A stretch of 63,434 nucleotides of DNA, counting the filler, from Choristocarpus tenellus KU-1152 (taxonomy: Eukaryota > Protista > Phaeophyceae): assembly GCA_964200185.2 (NCBI GenBank). It is 9 parts of 9 records of this genome, joined end to end, with 100 filler letters (N's around TTAATTAATTAA, not from the genome) between each part and the next. Parts side by side here need not be neighbours in the genome. Positions count along the whole stretch, not along the records: positions 1 to 7,719 come from CAXNAD020005690.1; positions 7,820 to 11,213 come from CAXNAD020020327.1; positions 11,314 to 19,068 come from CAXNAD020005637.1; 6 more parts are not named here. One strand, written 5' to 3'. The notes below the pieces were generated by a model, which saw only the letters and a program-made list of their open reading frames with translations, searched no databases and was not told the DNA's origin. Position 1 is the first letter of the stretch. Each line of letters starts with the position of its first letter. This document shows, one piece after another, positions 1 through 11,528 of this stretch. A program made the translations under genes and the position numbers.

Positions 1-470
1 GCACGTAGCTCTCCCGAATGTGATTTATGGGATCGAGCTAGAGCAGAAGAGATGTCTGGTTTGTTGTTGAATAATGTTTGGGTGGAGGTCGTATTACCCC
101 CTGGAAGCAGGGCAATAGACACTAAATGGATTCACAAGCGTAAGACTAACAAATTTGGTGAGGCAGTTAGATACAAGGCACGTTTGGAAGCAAAAGGTTT
201 TTCGACAGATTGAGGGTATAGGTTACCAAGATACCTTTGCACCAACACCGTCCCCTGCGTCTTTGAAAATGGTTTTAGCATTAGCTGCAGACAAGGATTG
301 GGAATTAAAGCATTGGAATGTGAAGCAAGCTTTTATCCAAGCAGACAGTAGTGAAGATATATTTGTTCGTTTATGTGATGGATGTGGTATATGGTCTGGA
401 ACGATTGTACGTTTAGTCAAGGCCAGGTTGGTGGCACAGGACTTCACTCAACGAGAGGATGTACAAGACA
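1..470 (+). mobile_element. Ty1/copia LTR-retrotransposon reverse transcriptase fragment (frameshifted)
   Basis: Frame 1 reads W..A..EEM..L..NNVW.EV.LP.G..AIDTKWIHKRK....G...RYKARLEAKGF. After a frameshift in the T-run near 200 it continues RQIEGIGYQDTFAPTP...LALAADKDWELKHWNVKQAFIQA, the canonical copia RVT_2 motifs. Confidence 0.92.
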
Positions 471-1676
471 TTCAATTATGATAGGCTTCAAGCCTAGGGG
501 AGTGGGTGCTACGTCCAACAAGAGAAACAGCAAAGGGGGACTGGTTCGAATTTTTGACCATAAACTAAGCGAGGGGTCATCATGGGACACGATTATGCAT
601 CACTGTGTTGATGCATCTAAAGAAGCAAGTACAAGACTTTGTAGACACTGTGTGTTGACTATATGAATGACGTATGTTCGAGGTCAAGCAATCAGTGTTC
701 TTTTATTGCGTTGACAAGATAAATGTGATATGTGTGAGAATTCAACCAATCTGATGTCTTTTACTTCCATTTAATGGAAAGTGTGCAGAATGGGAGTGTA
801 CACAATAAGATGTTTTAGGTTTGAGAGTTCCAGCAACTCTTTCATTGCCTGCACTCTCATGGGGGAGTGTGCAAAATAGGACAAAGGTGAAGTGTACCTT
901 ATTTTGTGTATATGAGATTATTGTGTTGAATTGAAGATAGTACATCCAGATTATATATGGAATTTGTTTGTTATTCATTCCCTTTCGCTACTTTGAAATA
1001 GATAGCGAAAACACAATAATAATAATAAACAAACAATGAGAAGACACCCCACAAAGGTCACTCTCTCTTCCAATTTCAACCATGTAATCACGTTCAGCAA
1101 AGGGGGTCGTGTGAGACTTCACACCTTCTTATCTTCACTACTAACAAATAGCATTACCTCCCAAGGTCATTTGCACAGTTTACGGTGTTGAACATTCAAT
1201 TATTTGGCGAGTGAAACAACCTTTAGAACGATGCGATTGGGTAATGATCTGTCCTGTCAAATGTCACAGATATTTCCAAGTGTGTTGTCGAAGCAGTGTC
1301 AGCGATCAACTAGATGGTGTTCCGTAGTTGTGGGGGGTTTCTGTACTACAGTTGTAGAGGTTACTGCATGATTGTGATGAGTGATGAATGATAACCCTTG
1401 AACTCTAGAAAACCACCCATCCAACAATCATTCTCTATTCGAGACTTTCTGGCTCTCTCAAAACCAACATGCTAGCTTTCTCCGTTCCAAAACCCGTTGA
1501 ATTTTGGACTTCACCAAACAACCCACAACCTAGACTTGAAGATGTTACAGCGAGAGTCTTCGACCACAGCAGTTGGGAGCACATGTGCTAGGAAGGCGGC
1601 CAAACCAGGACAGAGATACTGTTCCGATCCATCTTCCAATTGTAGTTTCGAATTGTCTGTGGGATTCCATCGTACT

Positions 1677-1928
1677 GAGAAAGTATCTTAGAGGGTACGA
1701 GGTTTTCCCTGTTTGTCCATTTGGGACATGGCTTCCCATGGGTTCTTTTATGACATTTTCCTACTCCAAAAATGTTTCGGAGCAGGTAAAGTGCGTATGT
1801 TATGAAAACTGTGTCTGGAACATGGATATTGACACTTCCTAACACGATAGCCAAAATTACATCAAAATCATAACATTGGATTTTTTCCCCAAATGGATGC
1901 AGCTCTACCCTCCAAGATACTTTGGCTC
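1677..1928 (+). mobile_element. MITE family A copy
   Basis: TIRs GAG(TG)AAAGTATCTTAGAGGGTA ... TACCCTCCAAGATACTTTGGCTC; aligns with seven other full-length copies in the window. Confidence 0.88.
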
Positions 1929-2439
1929 TGACCTCACTAAGGTGAGTATGGAGATGCTGTTCTTATTGAGAGTTTTATTTTTTGTCAACCGCTGCTACTA
2001 TATGTGTGCTCATTGATTTGTATACTCGGGCGCAGAAGAGCTTGAATGGCATGAGACATGCAAATCATTACCTGACATGAGGTTTTGTGAGCGGGGCTCT
2101 AATTTGTTGTCAGGCTCCAGAGAACTCTAGAACAGAGAACATGCTCTACTTCTCCCAAGTTTCTCTGTTCTTACCAAGTCAGGACAACTCTATCTTTCCC
2201 CAATCCCATGTCAGGGTACTAGCGGAGATGACACTACGAGGACAATTATTATCACCTCAATGTTGGGAGTCGATCACTTTCCGCAGGATGGACATGTCCA
2301 GACCTCCTTTGAGATGAACATGTCACAAGATCTATGTATGCTGCTCTTTTTTCCCTGTTGCACTTCAAGATACTCTGGATTCCTCACATTGGAGGCCTGA
2401 TCCGCTACTTTGTGTTATTTTCGTGAGGGAGTCAAACGA

Positions 2440-2870
2440 CAAAACGGAAAGTGGGCAGGGCGATCACGAGTTCATTCGCATTGAAATGCCCTCTCTCGAC
2501 CGTTGAGCAATCATTAGACCATGTTAGAGATGGTACAAAATGTTTTGAGCGACTTGGAAGCGCACATCCCTGCCGTGGAGCACAGGAACAGTGGAGGGTG
2601 GAGAATGGATAGTAGTCAAAAGCAACAAACTTCGTAGAGAAACAAGAGAGCAATCCTTACATGGAGTGCAGCTGGTTGCAAGGATGCGAAACATCAAGTG
2701 TACAGCGCACCAAGCACCTCTGCCATTGAGCTGAATAAGTATACGTGGTGTGTTGTGGATTTCAAGTAATAGATAGCCCTGGCAGTCAGTGACTTGGCCT
2801 TGCCCTCTTCTTGGAAACATTTGGAGTGTGGTATCGGGTTGTGTTATGTGTCTGGAGTGGATTGCAGTAG
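2440..2870 (-). mobile_element. Possible degenerate hAT transposase C-terminal remnant
   Basis: Minus-strand fragments KSLTARAIYYLKSTTHHVYLFSSMAEVLGALY and a frameshifted VER-AF..MN-like motif resemble the hAT middle and dimerisation regions; many stops. Confidence 0.3.
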
Positions 2871-2900
2871 TCCCGGTGGCTGTGTCTGTGTGGGTGTGTA

Positions 2901-2945
2901 TGTATATTATTATGCTCTCTGACATTTTGTAGTTGTGTAAGGTAT
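2901..2945 (-). repeat. Short 3' end of RLE-type LINE (stem-loop plus TAA-rich tail)
   Basis: attattatgctctctgacattttg matches the copies at 3313, 4107, 11162 and 38755. Confidence 0.55.
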
Positions 2946-3156
2946 GTGTGTCGTTTGGTTAGACTCTTCGGACCGTATATATCGGGAGAATTCTGCTTGC
3001 GATTAATGGAGTCCGAGTAGAATTGTTAGTTGATGGTAAGGTCAGAAACTTTATTATCTCAGTTCATCCGGTGACTTGCCAGCATTTAATTCCATCCAAT
3101 CAACCCCTGGTAATTTCTCACCCATTGTCCTTGATAAAACAAAGGGTGCCATTGTC

Positions 3157-3260
3157 CTTGATACCATACAGTATTACCAGTTCATACTGATTCGCACATC
3201 AGTACTGGTCGTTGCTCACATTTCCATTTTTACAATAAATTATTTGGTACATTATTGGAA
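3157..3260 (+). repeat. Dispersed repeat family D (second copy inverted at about 21465-21546)
   Basis: ttgataccatacagtattaccagttcatactga...gtactggtcgtt matches the reverse complement of 21465-21546. Confidence 0.55.
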
Positions 3261-3312
3261 TATTTTTAAACTACGGTGCGATACGATAGCGTCTGCTGTG
3301 ATATATATGAAA

Positions 3313-3370
3313 TATATTATATTATTCTGACATTTTCCGGATGTATCAAGGAAAAACCGATGAAAAGACA
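3313..3370 (-). repeat. Short 3' end of RLE-type LINE
   Basis: attattctgacattttccggatgtatcaaggaaaaaccgatgaaa is similar to 38775-38827. Confidence 0.55.
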
Positions 3371-3437
3371 ATTCAATACCAAAACTCCTGAAAAAATAAC
3401 AATTGGCGTAAATGTGAAAGATATTTTTATAATTTCT

Positions 3438-3617
3438 GGCTCAAAGTATCTGGGGGAGGGGGGGGGTCTACACCAGGGTGTCCATTTGGGCCTGACCAGG
3501 AGAAGTGAGCTTACGTTACCCATCCAACGCATACAACCAAATCACCCAAATATTGCAACATGAAAAAATGGATCCCCAGAATGGACAGCCACCCCCCCCC
3601 CCCAGATGCTTTGAGCC
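3438..3617 (+). mobile_element. MITE family B copy (complete)
   Basis: TIRs GGCTCAAAGTATCTGGGGG ... CCCCCAGATGCTTTGAGCC; flanks ttct/tact form a near 4-bp TSD. Confidence 0.85.
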
Positions 3618-3677
3618 TACTATGACTACCACCTATGCTACACCACTCCCCTCCTATGCCTCCAACTTAGCTTAGCC

Positions 3678-3960
3678 CTACACCACAGGGCGAGAAGCTA
3701 GGGAAGCATCCCAAGAATCTGACAGGCCCCTCCTTGCCCATCTCCCTGGTGTCTCCAGCTTAAATTGCATGAGGCGTCTTGATAGAGCCACTTGTGTTGT
3801 GACAAACACTATCTGTCGTAAATCGGATTTGACAGCTCCTTTCCTGTTGTAGCCTCCCACCCCTCTCCTCCCTACCACGTGCATAGTCAACTCATCCAGA
3901 AACATTTCTGCTTGCTTACCAAGGCACCCTAAACGTTTCGCTGCAAAGGTGTTGAAGTAA
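3678..3960 (-). mobile_element. 5'-truncated non-LTR retrotransposon, C-terminus of a restriction-like endonuclease (CRE/R2-type) ORF
   Basis: NTFAAKRLGCLGKQAEMFLDELTMHVVG...GAVKSDLRQIVFVTTQVALSRRL resembles the F.VE..G.LG..A..FL..L end of RLE domains; homologous copies at 6088, about 37820 and 38940. Confidence 0.65.
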
Positions 3961-4106
3961 TAAACTATTAGGGTAAAAAAAACACTCATAGTGAGTGCGC
4001 TTTCGCACCTCAGCTGCAGCATCAACTACACCATTGCTGGTGGATGGGTGGGGTAGATGGTAGACTGCTTGCACTTCTGGAAACATAACATCCAGGAGGA
4101 GGCTTA

Positions 4107-4143
4107 GTATATTATTATTTTGTCCTCTGACATTTTTGTGTCA
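4107..4143 (-). repeat. Short 3' end of RLE-type LINE
   Basis: attattattttgtcctctgacatttttgtgtca matches the family tail. Confidence 0.5.
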
Positions 4144-4599
4144 TACAATATGGTAACAGCAATTTTGAAAAAAGGTGAGGTCCAGTACGGTAAGATATAC
4201 TGTGAAATGTTGTGTATGGTCCCTAAATGTCAATTTTTGAAAAAAAATCACGGTTAGGTACAGTAATTCCACTGTTTCCCACAGTATTTTGACATTTGGA
4301 TGGCACGGTATGGACGTAACACTGGTCCTACAGTTTTCCGTGCGGTTCAGCTTTCTACCACATGTGACCATTCTACACACCCTGGGATGTTTGCAGTCTC
4401 TCCTCTGGGTTGATGCTGAACACACCATCAGGTTTTGTATTAAAAGTTTATCTCCTCCACGAAGCATGTGAACATCAACATCCCTGCACTCGCTGCTGTT
4501 GAGTAAGAATGGAGCAATAAATTGGTTGATTATATGAATTGTTAGATAATACAAGCCCCAAACCATGGATATCAACATCTATCCTCCAAAGTGAATCGT

Positions 4600-4870
4600 C
4601 ATGCAAAGGGGTTTGGGTTAATTAGACACAGTGACTACTCTCCACGGCCGTTGTTACCATGCATTAGACTTGATCACTTCCTTGTGTTCCTGCTCGTGAA
4701 ACTGGTTGAGGTGGGTGTTGAGCCTGGATGTGCCATCCTTGGGCTTTTGAGCGAAGGAGATGCCTGCACTCAGTTCGTTTGCCATTGATGAAAGAGACGG
4801 CACACCTTGCATTCTTCGTGGTTCTTTGGGGGGATGAACTCTTTGAAGAATTTCCAACTACTGATCTCAC
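4600..4870 (-). mobile_element. Degenerate BED zinc finger (hAT transposase N-terminus)
   Basis: Across frameshifts it reads RSVV.KFFKEF...KNARC......EC.HLL.....DGTSRLNTHLNQFH, matching the BED pattern S.VW..F...A.C..C...GTS.L..HL...H. Confidence 0.6.
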
Positions 4871-5821
4871 GGCAGACTTCCCCTACTTGGCCTCTCAATA
4901 TCTGTCACCACCACCTTCCTACCCCTCAAACTAAGTTTAGGAGAAGTCAGAGTAGGCCTGTCTGACCATGCTGCTGTGCTGTCAATCTCAGAAGATCCTG
5001 CCCCCCCCCATGTTTGACAATTATCAGAGGTTGTGGGATCGAATCCTGGCTGCACCGCTTTTCCAACTCCCTATAACGGGAGGATAAACAGATAAAATGT
5101 GATCCTGAACTGGGCAAGAGGGAAAACACGAAGATTGAGATGACCGCTCGGGGAGGAAGCACAATTAGTGGGGTGATGGCCCACGGATTATCCTGGGTTA
5201 GCTCCCCAGTCTCTGATTCTGTCGAACATTGAGATACCACTGTTCCACTGGGGCAAAAAGTCGCGTTGACAAGCATCCACAAGAAAGTTAGGAGTCACCA
5301 AGCGATGAAGAGGGCAACCTCTTCCTCTTCTTCCTTGATCCCCCCTTCCTCAACCCTCAACAAATTGTTTTCCGCCACCATCACCCAGTCCCAAAAAGGA
5401 AAAAGAAAGACACTTATTCATGTATCAATCTATGCCTGCCAATTGTCTAACTGTATGGTACAGTTACATCGTTATGGTGTTGCGTTGTTATGGTGGAGTG
5501 TGATGGTAGAGTGGAATGGTGTGATCATTTAAATGATTACACACAATCCTCAGACAAAATATGAAGACAATCAATGTTAATATATACTTCGAAGTATATT
5601 TTTGGAGTGTATGGATGCGGCTTTCCATTCAGGAGTTCTCTCCAATGCAGGTACTGCCACTTACAGGGGAAAGAGACTACTCCTAGATATGGCCTTTCGC
5701 TGAAGTACAAGCAGAGAACTGCCTCCTCAGTTCATCAACCAACATTATTAGCATCACCACTGCTGCAGCGAAGTCCCATAAGTGAAACTACTACGAGGGG
5801 TCTTTTGAGCCTGGTGGTTTT

Positions 5822-6078
5822 GAGTGAAAGTATCTTAGAGGGTACGAGTTTTGCCCTGTTTGTCCGCTTGGGCCTTGGCTTCCCACGTTTTTTTTATGAC
5901 ATTTTCCTACTCCAAAATGTTTCGAAGTAGGTAAATGTATACGTTATGAAAAGGTGTGTCCGGAACAAGGATATTGACACTTTCTAGCAAACACGATAGC
6001 CAAAATTACATCAAAATCGGAACATTGGATTTTTGCCCCCAAACGGAAACGACTCTACTCTCTAAGATATTTTGACTC
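5822..6078 (+). mobile_element. MITE family A copy
   Basis: Both TIRs present; 4-bp TSD tttt/tttt. Confidence 0.92.
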
Positions 6079-6087
6079 TTTTAACCC

Positions 6088-6410
6088 CAATACCTTCACA
6101 GTAGAAAGGTTCAGGAGTCCTGGCACACAGGCAGGACCATTTCTGGATGAGCTATCCACTCATGTTGTAGAAGGTAGGAGGGCGGAGGGTTTCAGCAGAA
6201 ATGGAGCTGTAATATCACAAGACATATTGTTTCAGTTACTGCTGAACTGAGGATCTCAAGAAAAGTTGTGGGTTTCAAATGAGAGACTCCAGGTTGATGG
6301 AATAGGAGAGGGTCAACGGATTCCTGGGATTCTTCCCTCCATTCTCGCCCACCTTCGTAGAGTCAGTGTAAGGACTTGTTTTTCATTGTTTTCTTGTATG
6401 TTGTTTTGCA
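6088..6410 (+). mobile_element. RLE-type LINE 3' fragment
   Basis: Homologous to the reverse complement of 3678-3960 (NTFTVERF...QAGPFLDELSTHVV...SWDSSL). Confidence 0.65.
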
Positions 6411-6413
6411 TAC

Positions 6414-6673
6414 GAGCCAAAGTATCTTAGAGGGTAGAGTCGCGTCCATTCGGGGGCCAAAATCCAATGTCGTGATTTCAGTGTATTTTTGGCTATCATG
6501 TTTGTTAGGAAGTGTCAATATCCTTGTTCTGGACACACCTTTTCATAATATACAATTTTTTCCTATTCCAAAATATTTTGGAGTAGGAAAATGGCATAAA
6601 AAAACCCCATGGGAAGCCAAGCCCCAAACGGACAAACAGGGCAAAACTCGTACCCTCCAAGATACTTTTACTC
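6414..6673 (-). mobile_element. MITE family A copy
   Basis: Both TIRs present; perfect 4-bp TSD atac/atac. Confidence 0.93.
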
Positions 6674-7132
6674 ATACATACTCTACCTCTGTGGTTGGCG
6701 TTTCTGGTATAGGACGTGGTATTTCCTCTTCTCCAGTCTCTGTTATATTTCCAGTTTCTCTGACATGACAATTCATGCAAATATCAGTTATAATGGTATA
6801 AATATCACAATGAAAACGTACAAGAGTGCACTACTTGTTGGGTTTTTTAGGGTGTGTCAGTCAACAAGGCGAGCCAGTCAATAAAAAGTGGGGTAGAAAA
6901 TAGGAAATAGTACATCCACAAGAACGTGATAGCCAACAGATAGACACCAACACCAGTACCAAGGAATTATGTCCTTGACCTCCATACATCATGCCATTCA
7001 TTCTTGATTCTTATTGATGTCAAGTGTTTGCACTATAATAGCGTCCAAGAAAATTGTCTTTCAGCATCAAAGAGGCTGGTGGCGAAGGCTCTTTCCATGT
7101 TGATAATCTACTCCTCACTTACCTTGCTATCG

Positions 7133-7389
7133 AAGTGAAAGTATCTTAGAGGGTACGAGTTTTGCCCTGTTTGTTCATTTGGGGCTTGACTTCCCACGGG
7201 CTCTTACATGACATTTTCCTACTCCAAAATGTTTTGGAGTAGGAAAATGTATACGTTATGAAAAGGTGTGTCCAGAACAAGGATATTGACACTTTCTAAC
7301 AAACACGATAGCCAAAATTACATCAAAATCGCAACATTGGATTTTTTCCCCAAATGGACGCGGCCCTACCCTCTAAGATTCTTTCGCTC
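7133..7389 (+). mobile_element. MITE family A copy
   Basis: Both TIRs present; flanks atcg/gtcg (one mismatch). Confidence 0.9.
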
Positions 7390-7719
7390 GTCGCTACTTG
7401 TCATTTTTTGAAGCAAAAGATCATCAGCAGCCAGATTTTTTGTCATAATATGCTTCAACGAAGTTCCCAGGGGGGAACAGGACAGCACTTCCTGTTGGTT
7501 GAGCACCATCTGCCCCTCCTTTGACGGACAAGGTTCTGACATTGGGTGCAAATCACCTCAGAAGTCGGGTCTCTCCCGATAGGATGCAGTTGTCCATTTT
7601 AAAGGCAGGATTCACTATCACCTTTTGAGCAATACATCAATCGATTTGAAGTGTAACTTACTCTCTGTTGACATAACCTTACTTGGAACCCCTCTTTTTT
7701 TCATCTTGTTATTTTGCAA

Positions 7720-7819
7720 NNNNNNNNNNNNNNNNNNNNNNNNNNNNNNNNNNNNNNNNNNNNTTAATTAATTAANNNNNNNNNNNNNNNNNNNNNNNNN
7801 NNNNNNNNNNNNNNNNNNN
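7720..7819. other. Artificial contig spacer
   Basis: N44-TTAATTAATTAA-N44, which has stops in all six frames. Confidence 0.99.
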
Positions 7820-8931
7820 CCAGAAAACTCTTGAACTAAAGGATCAATAAGGAAGACTCAAAGCATTGTCCCAGGAGGTATTACCGGTACCTCCTTCGTG
7901 GGGGGGGGCGAGCATTTTTAATTTTCTTTCTAAATTCCATCTTCATCTACTGCCCTCATGAAATGTAGACCAAGGTACAACCTAGGTGTACAACTGTTAC
8001 TAGCCTGTGAGAGAAGCAGCGATTCAATCAAATGACATATGCATAGTTTTGTAGTAGGCATTGACATGACAATCCATCTTGGTTTTTTTTCTTTTTCACA
8101 ACTAAAGCCTTGGTGGCCAAGCCGCACCCTCTTGCAGGTATACCTTTTCTTTGATCGAACCTAGGCCATCAAGAGAAGAGTTTTCGTATTTTCAAGATAC
8201 ACGTGCTCACAGCTTCTAGTGATGTCACCAGTACTACTCCGTGTCAAAATCCGTTGTGTATGAGGAAGTTCAATTTCACTCATTATCTCACATCCTTGAA
8301 AGGATTTGTCTTCGTTTTTTTGTAAGCAAGAAGCGAGATTTTGAAAATGGCTAGTATATCATTATTATTTTTTTGCTATGAGCTCTGAGAGCGAGTGGGG
8401 TTTGTTTATTTTAAAGAAACTTTAAATTAAGCGTTACAAAAAGAGAGCGTAACGTTGTTGCAGCTTATTCTTTACCATGTACATACCCTCTGCTCGACCC
8501 TTCTTCCCTAACTGCAGCTCTATCCGTGGTTCTAAGTGTCTTTCTATTCTCAGTTTCTTGTTTGTGTCTCACACCTCTCGCTTCAAGTTTCTTAATGCCT
8601 CTCAGAGATGAAAGGAGGGCAAGAACACTAGCCCAGCCTTTTATTTATTATAACCCATCATAATTTAAGTTAAACAAGCAAAGAATTCGTCTCATGAGAG
8701 CCCAGACATGAGCCCAGACATGTCCATGATTCGGCGTTGAAACCATGTATTTGTAACATAATGCCACGTCAATGTAACCACATTGTTTGGAAAAATCGGA
8801 GAGGTGGTCCACAACTATTTTTTTTGCTGAAATATAAGCATTTTTTTCACTTATCGACTTCTTATTTGTCCCTGTGCTCACCTTCTCCTCTTCCCCATCC
8901 ACCTTTTACCTATTTTCTTCACCTTGTAAAA

Positions 8932-10053
8932 ATGAAGGGACAGATCGGTTCTTCAGGGTCAGACAAGAGCATTTTAGCAGGAGTGGCCTTGGTGGCATCC
9001 CTCCTTCTGCGCAGGCTAGGACACAGCGACTCTGATACTGGCTCAGGTTTTGACTATGTCAATGACACTGTGGCAGACAATAAGAGCAAAACTCCTTGCA
9101 TGGCCAATCATGGCACCTGGAGAAATAGCGATCGAGCGTACCCACTCTACCTCGTTCTGTCTTTCATTGCTTCCGTCACATACTACTTCAACCCTCTTGA
9201 AGAGACCTGTGACTGCTTTCTTCCCCGTGACAATATGTGCAACCATGGGCACCACCATTGTGCAGACAGGGAGCCTACCATCGCCGCTGGTGCAACACTG
9301 ACAGAAGCAAAGGAAAAGACTTTCGGCATCACCAATAATGAGAAAATCTGGAAGAACTTTAATGTTCCTCAGCAGTCGTTTTCCCCTAACCCTGACAACG
9401 GCAAAATTGCATTCCCCAGAGTCTGGGTGGGCTTCTGGAGCCTTGTGCAGGCTTTGGTGTGGCACTCTAATGCCTGTTTCTCAATTGTGGACCTGCAGCC
9501 CCCAGTCGCCATTGATGCAGTGCACCGCCTGCGCCCTACTCTTGCCCTGGAGTTCTACCTCCTCCTCCAGGATTGCCCGCCTTGCCCATCAGAGCACAGG
9601 AGGCAACGACCAGATATCTCCTCTACGAGTCACCCCTCAGACTATTTCTTAGTAGACAGAGGAGGAAGATGTCTTGGACAAGGACGGTCACCGGGGCTTG
9701 ATGGGGTGGGGAGTGTTGCAAGAAGGGATAAGGGAGACCAAGCTACCAGCAAAGTAATCCGTCCGGATGGTTTTAAGGATAGGGCAATAGGCAACAGCGG
9801 TAGAAGAGGGGACAATGTGCAGCAGGAAGAGAACAATAGGAGGAGTTGTAGACTGCAAGGCAGGCACAGCAAAGCGGTAACAGAAGAAGTATATCCTCCT
9901 CCTCCTGAAGGATCAATAGCAACAGCAACAGCGGCAATAGAAACTGCTGTGAGTGCAGCAGTGGTGGAACGTTGCTGTGTTTTGTGCTGTGGAGGAGATT
10001 CGGCTTGGGAGAGGCGTATCCAGAGGGTAGCATATGCGATTGGACTGCTGTGA
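8932..10053 (+). CDS. Intronless hypothetical ORF (about 373 aa from the first ATG) with hydrophobic segments; function unknown
   Basis: Long open frame (8737-10053) with hydrophobic stretches ILAGVALVASLLL, YPLYLVLSFIASVTYYF and VWVGFWSLVQALVW; no family recognised. Confidence 0.35.
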   Translation: MKGQIGSSGSDKSILAGVALVASLLLRRLGHSDSDTGSGFDYVNDTVADNKSKTPCMANHGTWRNSDRAYPLYLVLSFIASVTYYFNPLEETCDCFLPRDNMCNHGHHHCADREPTIAAGATLTEAKEKTFGITNNEKIWKNFNVPQQSFSPNPDNGKIAFPRVWVGFWSLVQALVWHSNACFSIVDLQPPVAIDAVHRLRPTLALEFYLLLQDCPPCPSEHRRQRPDISSTSHPSDYFLVDRGGRCLGQGRSPGLDGVGSVARRDKGDQATSKVIRPDGFKDRAIGNSGRRGDNVQQEENNRRSCRLQGRHSKAVTEEVYPPPPEGSIATATAAIETAVSAAVVERCCVLCCGGDSAWERRIQRVAYAIGLL

Positions 10054-11161
10054 TTGTCTGCGTGTGTGACTTTAGTGTTTGGCAGCATCTACAGACGTAT
10101 TTGGTTTGTTATAGTGACACGAAATGGAGGATGAAGGAGAAGAAGTATCTTTTTTTGGTGAGTGATGACCAGGCAGGAGTAGTGGGAATACAAGTAGTGG
10201 CAGTTTTGTTCTTTTCTGCCGAGTGCAGAGTGCCTTGTCAATATTCTAGTGTACTGATGTGCTTTTGTTTACTTTTATTTTCAGACCTAGTGCGTTGGGT
10301 AATAATTTTTATTTTTTGAGTCAAGTGTGGAAAGCATGTTTGCCTGTTATTATACCGTTATTGCTGTATGCCATATGCCTTTATACCGTGGTACCGATTG
10401 AGGTTCCCAGTCAAGAGTCCATGGTTTCATTCTAACGTAATAAGAGGAGATTCGAGCCTCCTTCAAGTTTTATCTCTCATGTGACCGACCCACAATGCCA
10501 CGCCATGTATGATCAACCATCATATTATATCTATACTTTAATATATATATGTATATATACGAAACGTTTAAAAGGAGAAGAGTGTTTTTTGCCTGTTGTT
10601 TGACAAATGCTGATCTTTCATTCGTATGTTCGAGAGTGTCACACTGCTAGAGTATTTTTCCATGTAATTCTTCACCAAGGTATGTTTCCTCTTACTGTCG
10701 TGAAAGAATATAAATTATGCATTCTGGGTTTGCGTTGCTGCTTCTTGGCTGAAGATTCTTTGTTTGTAATGTTTTGGGATTAATCTTGTGTGTAGCACAT
10801 CGTGCACAATTTGTTTTATTCATCACTTACTATAAAATACTCCAGAGTACGTCGTAGAATATTGGTACGAAGAATTATTGATACCTCTTTGTCAACAAGT
10901 ATTATCTGCCTTTTGTTGTGCCTTTTTTTTTACTCCTACCACAAAATGATTTAAACTAAGAATGAACTATTAAGCACTAGAATTTTCAATCGAATTTTCA
11001 AAGGGATTAAGTTCTTCTCTGACAAGAGAATATAAACGCATTTTCTTTTGCTCATCGAGTTTCTCAAACAAAAATATACTTCTTCGAAGTATGAAGTATA
11101 TAATTCGAAATATTTGAATTCATGAAGATGATTTGTCTCAGCCAAAAGAGAAAAGATATCT

Positions 11162-11213
11162 TATAATTATATTATTATGCCCTCTGACATTTTGCAGATG
11201 TGTCAGGGGAAAA
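11162..11213 (-). repeat. 3' end of RLE-type LINE with stem-loop
   Basis: attattatgccctctgacattttgcagatgtgtcagggg; the ctgaca/tgtcag arms form a stem. Confidence 0.65.
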
Positions 11214-11313
11214 NNNNNNNNNNNNNNNNNNNNNNNNNNNNNNNNNNNNNNNNNNNNTTAATTAATTAANNNNNNNNNNNNNNNNNNNNNNNNNNNNNNN
11301 NNNNNNNNNNNNN
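11214..11313. other. Artificial contig spacer
   Basis: N44-TTAATTAATTAA-N44. Confidence 0.99.
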
Positions 11314-11385
11314 CACTTTTCCTGGTTTTTGTCCAAATGGACGCCCTGGTGTAGACCCCCTCCCCCCCCCCAGATACTTTGGGTC
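11314..11385 (-). mobile_element. MITE family B partial copy
   Basis: ccaaatggacgccctggtgtagacccc...cagatactttggg is one end of family B, cut by the contig edge. Confidence 0.8.
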
Positions 11386-11528
11386 TGCTGTTAGTGGATA
11401 GGTACGCCAATACACAGCATACACGGCTTGTGTTCTCTAATTATGATGTTTCGAATCCGACACCCTAGTGTACACCCTTGAAATCCACACAGTTGACGTT
11501 TTATGAATTAAAGAGGAATTGAACTCAC

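Noticed and set aside
1573-1854. Recurrent short ORFs such as LGSVNI.V.DT.F and SILEGTSFALFVRLGLGFP (also near 5574, 6376, 6505, 42166 and 46233)
   Set aside because: They are incidental translations of non-coding family A MITE copies; frames and stops are not conserved between copies.
6960-7110. MERAF / AERQFS as a hAT dimerisation motif
   Set aside because: Too short and lacking the surrounding conserved W/P/L..PASS pattern.
7764-7775. TTAATTAATTAA as a biological motif (PacI site or piggyBac TSD)
   Set aside because: It always sits centred in N-runs and is a synthetic six-frame stop linker.
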